A DNA stretch of 64,000 nucleotides from Candidatus Woesebacteria bacterium RBG_13_46_13 (GTDB lineage Bacteria > Patescibacteriota > Microgenomatia > UBA8517), in NCBI GenBank assembly GCA_001791995.1, contig MGFR01000001.1, positions 177,148-241,147 of the forward strand. Direction: 5' to 3'. Both the position numbers and the translations under genes were made by a program. Position 1 is the stretch's first letter; the number at the start of each line of letters is the position of its first letter. This document shows positions 58,216 to 64,000 of the stretch, in pieces. The notes below the pieces were generated by a model, which saw only the letters and a list, made by a program, of their open reading frames with translations, made no database searches and was not told the DNA's origin.

Positions 58216-59214
58216 ATGGACAAGGCTATTGTTGTTGACCATTTGCTTAAAAACTTCGAAGTTACCGAGAAAAAACCGGGTCTGGTAAACTCCTTCACTT
58301 CTATATTTTCTCCCCAGAAAAAAACGATCAGAGCCCTAAGAAACATTTCTTTCACCGTTGAGTCCGGGGAGCTTGTCGGTTTTATCGGCCCCAACGGTGC
58401 CGGGAAAACAACCACCCTTAAGGTTTTATCCGGACTGCTTTATCCGACATCGGGCTTTACCTCTGTTTTGGAATTCGATCCCTGGGACAGAAAACCGGAA
58501 TTTTTGAAACAAATCTCTTTGGTGATGGGGCAGAAAAACCAGCTCTGGTGGGATTTACCCGCCATGGAGACTTTTGAGCTTAATCGGGCGATATACGAAA
58601 TACCCAAAAGGCAGTATGAAGAGACTTTGGATGAGCTGACCGAGCTTTTGGAAGTAAAAAAACTTTTAAACATCCAAGTCCGAAGGCTTTCCTTGGGTCA
58701 GAGAATGAGGCTTGAGTTGGTGGCGGCCTTGCTGCATAGTCCCAAAATTCTTTTCTTGGACGAGCCCACCCTGGGATTGGATTTGATTGCCCAACAGAAG
58801 ATGCGGGACTTTATCTACGAATACAACCGGCGCTCCGGCGCAACAATCCTTTTAACTTCCCACAACATGGACGATTTAATGGACCTGGCCAGGCGGGTCA
58901 TCGTCATCGACGAAGGCAGAATAATTTTCGACGGGGCACTTGAGGAATTGGTTAACCGCTTTGCCAAGGAAAAAATAATCAAGGTATCCCTCTTAAGAGA
59001 AGACGATATCAAGAGAATCGAGGAGATAGGTAAGGTAAAGAAATTGGCCTTTCCAGAAGTTATCCTCTCGGTTCCCAGAAGCACTACGGCGGTGGCCGCG
59101 GCGGAGCTGTTGCAAAACTTTCCTGTTGCCGATTTGACGATTGAGGAAGTTCCGATTGAGGAGGTTATCCGTAAAGTCTTCCGGGGAGAGGGAAAGAAAA
59201 AGCTTCTTAAATGA
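58216..59214 (+). CDS. ABC transporter ATP-binding protein
   Basis: GPNGAGKTT, LSLGQRMR, LDEPT and TSH motifs. Confidence 0.95.
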   Translation: MDKAIVVDHLLKNFEVTEKKPGLVNSFTSIFSPQKKTIRALRNISFTVESGELVGFIGPNGAGKTTTLKVLSGLLYPTSGFTSVLEFDPWDRKPEFLKQISLVMGQKNQLWWDLPAMETFELNRAIYEIPKRQYEETLDELTELLEVKKLLNIQVRRLSLGQRMRLELVAALLHSPKILFLDEPTLGLDLIAQQKMRDFIYEYNRRSGATILLTSHNMDDLMDLARRVIVIDEGRIIFDGALEELVNRFAKEKIIKVSLLREDDIKRIEEIGKVKKLAFPEVILSVPRSTTAVAAAELLQNFPVADLTIEEVPIEEVIRKVFRGEGKKKLLK

Positions 59215-60014
59215 AAAAGTATCTGGCGATTTTTAAAATCTCCTTTGCCCAGGAGTTTGCCTACCGTTTGAACTTCATTATGTGGAGGCTGAGAAACGTC
59301 ATGCAGATTTTTTTGATTTTCTTTCTCTGGAACGCTGTATTTACGGACCCCACCCGAGTAGTTTTCGGTTACGACCGGGGCAAAATTTTAACCTATGTTT
59401 TCGGAATCCTGATTATGAAGGCGATTGTTCTTTCGGCCAGGACTATCGAGGTGGCCGGAGAAATCTCAAGCGGGGATTTAACCAATTTTCTTTTAAAGCC
59501 TGTTAACTATTTTAAGTATTGGTTTAGCCGTGACCTTTCCAGCAAGGCCTTAAATTTGGGCTTTGCCGCGTCTGAGGCACTAATTCTATATCTTATCCTT
59601 AGACCCCCGTTCTTTCTTCAGACCAATCCTTGGCTAATTGTTGCTTTTGTTATTTCTCTGGCTATCGCCGTGGTTTTGTTTTTCGGGCTTTTGTTTTTAT
59701 CCAACCTGATTGCATTTTGGATGCCGGAGCAGGGCTGGTCCGCCCAGTTTCTGATAATCGTGATCTTTACCGACTTTCTCTCCGGAGGGGTATTCCCCTT
59801 GGATATTTTTCCCCTGGTGGTTCAGAAGATCCTCTATACCCTGCCTTTCCCCTACCTCTTGTTTTTTCCGCTCCAGATATATCTGGGAAAAATACCGGTC
59901 ACCCAGGTCTGGGGAGGAATAATGATTGCCTGTGCCTGGACTCTGATACTACTGGCCGGCTTAAAATTTGTCTGGAACAGAGGTATCAGGAAATATGAAG
60001 CCGTAGGACGATAA
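59211..60014 (+). CDS. ABC-2 family permease (DUF990-like)
   Basis: AYRLNF, I..GDLTNFLLKP and SGGVFPLDIFP motifs; multi-TM. Confidence 0.88.
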   Translation: MKKYLAIFKISFAQEFAYRLNFIMWRLRNVMQIFLIFFLWNAVFTDPTRVVFGYDRGKILTYVFGILIMKAIVLSARTIEVAGEISSGDLTNFLLKPVNYFKYWFSRDLSSKALNLGFAASEALILYLILRPPFFLQTNPWLIVAFVISLAIAVVLFFGLLFLSNLIAFWMPEQGWSAQFLIIVIFTDFLSGGVFPLDIFPLVVQKILYTLPFPYLLFFPLQIYLGKIPVTQVWGGIMIACAWTLILLAGLKFVWNRGIRKYEAVGR

Positions 60015-60802
60015 TGAAAAACCTAAGAAAGTATCTCAAAGTATGGTGGATGATGAGTAAAAACAGCTTCATCCAGGTACTTATCAATAAATTCGGGGCA
60101 GGAGTTTTCCTGACGGGGAAAATACTCAGATTTGTTTTCTTCATGACCTTTATAGTCTTTCTTTTAAAAGGCACCCAGAATTTGGCGGGATATTCACTTT
60201 CCCAGACCGTCTTTTTCTTCCTGACTTTTAATCTGGTGGATATTGTTTCGCAGTTTTTGTTCCGTGAAGTTTACCGTTTCAGGCCCCTGATCGTCTCCGG
60301 GGGTTTTGATTTGGTATTAACCAAACCGATAAGCCCGCTTTTCCGTTCTTTGATGGGGGGAGCGGATATTTTGGATTTTATCACTATTCCTCCGCTTATC
60401 GTGGCAATTGTTATTTTGGCAAGGGGACTTAATCCGACAGCCATCTCAGCTTTCTTTTACATTCTCCTTCTGCTAAACGGTCTACTTCTGGCCACCGCTT
60501 TCCATATCATGGTGATATCTATGGGAATTATCACTTTTGAAATAGACCATACGATTATGATTTACAGGGATTTAACCAATTTGGGTCGGTTCCCGATTGA
60601 TATTTATGCTCAACCTTTAAGGGGGATACTGACCTATCTTATCCCGGTTGGAATCATGATTACTCTTCCGGCCAAAGCCTTGATGGGCCTGGTAAGCTAT
60701 CAGGGAGTTTTGGTTTCTCTGGCAATCGGAGTGTTGGCGCTATACGTGGCCAAACGTTTTTGGGGTATTGCTTTAAAAAGATATACTTCGGCATCAAGTT
60801 GA
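60014..60802 (+). CDS. ABC-2 family permease (DUF990-like)
   Basis: GGFDLVLTKP, RFPIDIY and C-terminal YTSASS motifs. Confidence 0.88.
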   Translation: MKNLRKYLKVWWMMSKNSFIQVLINKFGAGVFLTGKILRFVFFMTFIVFLLKGTQNLAGYSLSQTVFFFLTFNLVDIVSQFLFREVYRFRPLIVSGGFDLVLTKPISPLFRSLMGGADILDFITIPPLIVAIVILARGLNPTAISAFFYILLLLNGLLLATAFHIMVISMGIITFEIDHTIMIYRDLTNLGRFPIDIYAQPLRGILTYLIPVGIMITLPAKALMGLVSYQGVLVSLAIGVLALYVAKRFWGIALKRYTSASS

Positions 60803-60806
60803 TACC

Positions 60807-61748
60807 ATGGGGAAACTACTTATTATCTGCGGACCCACGGCCGTAGGCAAAACATCTTTAGCGATTGAGCTGGCAAGGACTCTGGAGGGGGAGCTGGTCT
60901 CTGCGGATTCCAAGCAGGTATATAAGGGGCTGGATATCGGAACGGGCAAAGATATTCCGCCTCAGGCCAAAAGGAAAGGATTCTATCTATATAAGGGGGT
61001 TAAGATCTGGGGATACGATTTGGTTGGGGCCAGTCAGGATTATAGCGTTGCCCAGTTTGTGGCCTTTGCCCAGGACCGAATCAAAAGAATCCGCAAGGAC
61101 GGCAAACTTCCTATCCTGGTAGGAGGAACCGGCCTTTACATCAGGGCCATAGTCGACGGTATTGGTACCGTAGAAATTCCCAACAACAATGCGCTGCGGA
61201 AGAATCTGGCGGAAAAAGAAGTCCAGGAGCTTTTCGAACTTCTGGCCCAACTGGACCCGATTAAAGCAGGCTCCTTAAACGCTTCCGACAAGAAAAACCC
61301 CAGGAGGCTGATCCGGGCAATAGAAATAGCCACCTGGAGACTTAACTCAGGGGGTAGGAAACTTAAGCAAGTTAGGCCACAAGAGGACGCCCTCTTTATC
61401 GGTCTTATCGCGCCCAAAAAGGTTCTTTACGAAAGGATAGACAAGAGAGTAGAGACACGTCTTCGGGCCGGAATTATCAAGGAAATAACGGCTCTTTTAA
61501 AAAGCGGGGTGGATTGGGACAACCAATCGATGAGCTCTCTGGGGTACAGGCAGTGGCGGGAATACTTTGCGGGGGTATCCTCCAAAGAGGAGGTGGTTAA
61601 GCTTTGGAAGGTGCAGGAGAGGAAATATGCCAAGCGTCAGATTACCTGGTTTAAAAAAGACCTCCGGATCATCTGGTTTGACGTAGTCTCACCCGGTTGG
61701 AGAGAAAAGGTGGAAAAATTGGTCAAAAAATGGTATAAATTGTCCTGA
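60807..61748 (+). CDS. miaA: tRNA dimethylallyltransferase
   Basis: GPTAVGKT, SADSKQVY, VGGTGLY and YAKRQITWF motifs. Confidence 0.96.
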   Translation: MGKLLIICGPTAVGKTSLAIELARTLEGELVSADSKQVYKGLDIGTGKDIPPQAKRKGFYLYKGVKIWGYDLVGASQDYSVAQFVAFAQDRIKRIRKDGKLPILVGGTGLYIRAIVDGIGTVEIPNNNALRKNLAEKEVQELFELLAQLDPIKAGSLNASDKKNPRRLIRAIEIATWRLNSGGRKLKQVRPQEDALFIGLIAPKKVLYERIDKRVETRLRAGIIKEITALLKSGVDWDNQSMSSLGYRQWREYFAGVSSKEEVVKLWKVQERKYAKRQITWFKKDLRIIWFDVVSPGWREKVEKLVKKWYKLS

Positions 61749-61760
61749 AAGGGGCCGAAA

Positions 61761-62738
61761 ATGCCGAGAAAAATCGAAATTTCCCACAAAACCATTATTT
61801 TCGCGGTTATGTTTTTGTTGGGTTTGTGGTTTTTCTACTACATTAGGGATTTAATCTTCGAACTTTTCATCGCTCTGGTTATAATGACCATTCTTAACCC
61901 CTTCGTCAGTAAAATCACCAAAATCAAGATTCCCAGAGGGTTTGCTATTTTAATCGTTTATATAGTTGTATTGGGTATTTTCGGTCTGGGAATTGCCGGG
62001 GTAATACCTCCATTGGTCGAGCAGACCACTGGATTTGTAAACAATCTTCCCCATTTTCTTTCCAGGATCGGGGTCAGCCGATTTATGAGTGAGCAGGTTA
62101 CCTCGCAGCTGCTTTCCCAACTGGGGGCCATTCCGGCACAGGCCTTAAAGTTCGGTTATTCGGTTTTTTCCAATGTCCTTTCGGTCTTAACGGTTTTGAT
62201 ATTTGCCTTTTACCTGCTTTTGACACGCGACAAACTGGATACCCAGCTGGCTTTTCTTTTCGGAGAAGACAAAAGGAGAGAAATTGGCAGGATAATCGAC
62301 ATGCTGGAGACCAGGTTGGGAAGCTGGGTGAGGGGGGAGCTGCTCCTAATGCTTTTGGTCGGAACCTTAATTTATATCGGCTTGGCCCTCTTGGGAATTC
62401 CTTTTGCACTGCCCTTGGCCATTATCGCGGGGCTGTTGGAAATAGTACCTATTTTAGGGCCGATTATCGCCGCCGTCCCCTCCGTAATTATCGGATTTAC
62501 CATCTCTCCGGTGATGGGGCTTGCCGCAGCCGCCCTGGCTTTTCTGGTCCAGCAATTTGAAAATTATGTTTTTGTCCCCAAGATTATGGAGAAATCGACG
62601 GGCGTATCTCCCTTAATTACGCTTTTCGCCCTGGCCATAGGCTATAGAATTGCGGGTCCCGCCGGAGCCGTTATCTCCATGCCGGTTGTGTTGGCACTCC
62701 AGGTCGTTTTGCGGGAATACTTCCTCTCCAGGCAGTAG
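61761..62738 (+). CDS. AI-2E family transporter
   Basis: GLLEIVPILGP and QQFENYVFVPKIM motifs; multi-TM. Confidence 0.9.
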   Translation: MPRKIEISHKTIIFAVMFLLGLWFFYYIRDLIFELFIALVIMTILNPFVSKITKIKIPRGFAILIVYIVVLGIFGLGIAGVIPPLVEQTTGFVNNLPHFLSRIGVSRFMSEQVTSQLLSQLGAIPAQALKFGYSVFSNVLSVLTVLIFAFYLLLTRDKLDTQLAFLFGEDKRREIGRIIDMLETRLGSWVRGELLLMLLVGTLIYIGLALLGIPFALPLAIIAGLLEIVPILGPIIAAVPSVIIGFTISPVMGLAAAALAFLVQQFENYVFVPKIMEKSTGVSPLITLFALAIGYRIAGPAGAVISMPVVLALQVVLREYFLSRQ

Positions 62739-62764
62739 CTTTTTCTCCGGATACTATTTTGCCA

Positions 62765-62794
62765 TCAAAAAACCCGCTTGCGCGGGATTTTTGA
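62765..62794. terminator. Bidirectional intrinsic terminator between the AI-2E gene and rnpB
   Basis: TCAAAAAA-CCCGC-TTGC-GCGGG-ATTTTTGA between convergent genes. Confidence 0.8.
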
Positions 62795-62795
62795 C

Positions 62796-63080
62796 CTCTG
62801 GAGGGTAGTAAGCCAGGTTCTGTTTCAGATGACCATCTGTCTAATGCCCTCAAACTTTGGGTCTCGGGAAAGCATCCTGATAACGACCCGTTCGGAGGTT
62901 GCAGCGGGGAGGATTGCCCCTTTTCACTCGTTCTCGTCTACCTTTAGGGTAGATGAGTCGACATAGTCTCTGTGGCTCTGACTAGCGCTTTCGCGTTCCC
63001 GCTTGCGCGGGACACCCTGCTTTCTGCTGCCTGGACTTTCCTCCCCGATTTTATTCGGGGCGGTCATCCTTCCTCCAGAG
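62796..63080 (-). ncRNA. rnpB: RNase P RNA (compact, about 285 nt)
   Basis: Minus strand: P1 CTCTGGAGG/CCTCCAGAG, GAGGAAAGTCCAGG...ACAGAACCTGGCTTA (P4 with compensatory change), GCCACAGA and GTGAAAAGGGGCAATCC; upstream TTGCTT...TGnTATACT. Confidence 0.93.
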
Positions 63081-63128
63081 TGGCAAAAGTATATCACGCG
63101 AGGCTGAAAAAAGCAATTTTCGGGTGAT

Positions 63129-63157
63129 TTGATATTTTTCTATACCTATAGTAGAAT
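63129..63157 (+). promoter_or_regulatory. Sigma70-type promoter of the orphan ORF / structured region
   Basis: TTGATA 63129-63134, 17 nt, TAGAAT 63152-63157. Confidence 0.65.
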
Positions 63158-63218
63158 GCAAGCGCCTTTTAAAGGCAACTCGTCGCTCATTTATTATCCC
63201 ATCTCAAAGGAGGGGAGA

Positions 63219-63515
63219 ATGACCAGCCTAACGGAGCTTGTCAAGCTTGGCAAGGTGGCCTCGCGGGTCCTGATCGAGACGTTGGAGGCTCTGGCCAACA
63301 ACGGCAAAGATTTGGGGCTTGTCGAAGCCAAGGACGTTGTGGGGCTGCTCGATCGTTCGGAGCCACCCCTCTCGCGAGCTGAACTCGAGAGACTCAAGGG
63401 AGCCAGCCGAAAGGCATCTACCGATCTCGGGACTCAGGGGAAGAGCTGGGCAGAGCAGGATTGGGCGAGAATTGTCAATGCAATCGAAGCCAAACTTGCC
63501 AGGATGCCCAGGTGA
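63219..63515 (+). CDS. Hypothetical helical protein (98 aa)
   Basis: ATG 63219 preceded by SD-like AAGGAGGGG and a promoter; MTSLTELVKLG...AKLARMPR. Confidence 0.65.
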   Translation: MTSLTELVKLGKVASRVLIETLEALANNGKDLGLVEAKDVVGLLDRSEPPLSRAELERLKGASRKASTDLGTQGKSWAEQDWARIVNAIEAKLARMPR

Positions 63516-63520
63516 GTACG

Positions 63521-64000
63521 AAAAGAAAGACAGAGCCAGCAATGGTGGCCCCAAAGGCCTTAAATCTGTCTTTTTCTTTGGCAAAAATGTTGACAAACAA
63601 AGAACCGGCCTGAATGGGGATTTAGAAAAGCTGTAGTACAGCTACCCCAAACCAGGCCGGCAATGATCCACAGGGTGAACCCCTGAACGGAGTCCACCCC
63701 TTGTGGAGGAGGAGAAGGGTGAAGAAACGCCGTTCGCCCTTCTACTATTCAACTGGGGCGCCATCCCCAGGAATAGCTGGTCGGGTGGAAAACAACACCG
63801 GTTACCCTCCCAACATGAGGGGGGCACGCTAGGAAAGTAGCCAACATTGTCTCCACCCGGTGATGGAATCAAGAAGCCGTGGCGGAAAAGCAAATCTTTC
63901 CGCTTGGCGAATCTTGACCCCCAAACTATCAAGGTACTTTCTCTCCGGACCCCGGGCCCCTAACGGGGAGTTAAGAGCCCGGGGCAGCCGGAGGGAGGCG
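63521..64000 (+). ncRNA. Candidate large structured non-coding RNA (3' end outside window)
   Basis: About a dozen consecutive GC-rich hairpins and no credible ORF; G-U pairs favour the + strand; family not recognised. Confidence 0.6.

Noticed and set aside
63319-63932. ORFs 63319-63636 (+), 63228-63596 (-) and 63642-63932 (-) as protein genes
   Set aside because: Pro/Gly/Arg/Ser-rich translations typical of GC-rich hairpin DNA, with no start context; they overlap the better-supported ORF or the structured region
1-64000. Alternative genetic code (TGA=Gly), inteins or introns in core genes, CRISPR arrays
   Set aside because: TGA terminates hrcA, nusA, ftsK and others at expected positions; core proteins have no large unexplained inserts; no repeat-spacer array was seen

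Overview
Dense core-genome region of a bacterium, almost certainly Patescibacteria/CPR (Microgenomates-like; inferred from the missing rpmD/uL30, minimal IF2 and AlaRS, and compact genes). Genetic code 11 (TGA is used as stop). Order: murJ (partial); hrcA-grpE-dnaK-dnaJ with a CIRCE-like operator; an orphan gene; nusA-infB-DHH-like-rpsO-pnp; protease-less Lon ATPase-udg-rnj-ftsK-rodZ-like; alaS, a baseplate-J-like membrane protein, sortase, ruvX, mltG; rpoBC; the str/S10/spc/alpha ribosomal cluster; a uppS fusion; tauE; tRNA-Pro(GGG); recA-recX-rny; a deacetylase, HU, an ABC exporter, miaA and an AI-2E transporter; RNase P RNA. The window ends with a small orphan ORF followed by at least 480 nt of densely base-paired, apparently non-coding sequence that runs off the edge. 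Most notable: that candidate large ncRNA; an EF-G with altered guanine-specificity motifs (NKLN, GGDNR); UppS fused to a duplicated helical domain; an actin-like/TM/baseplate-J-like protein next to a sortase; a Lon ATPase without protease domain; an anchorless RNase Y behind a three-way-junction leader; and several candidate attenuator leaders. All calls were made by eye from motifs and synteny; no database searches or folding programs were run.
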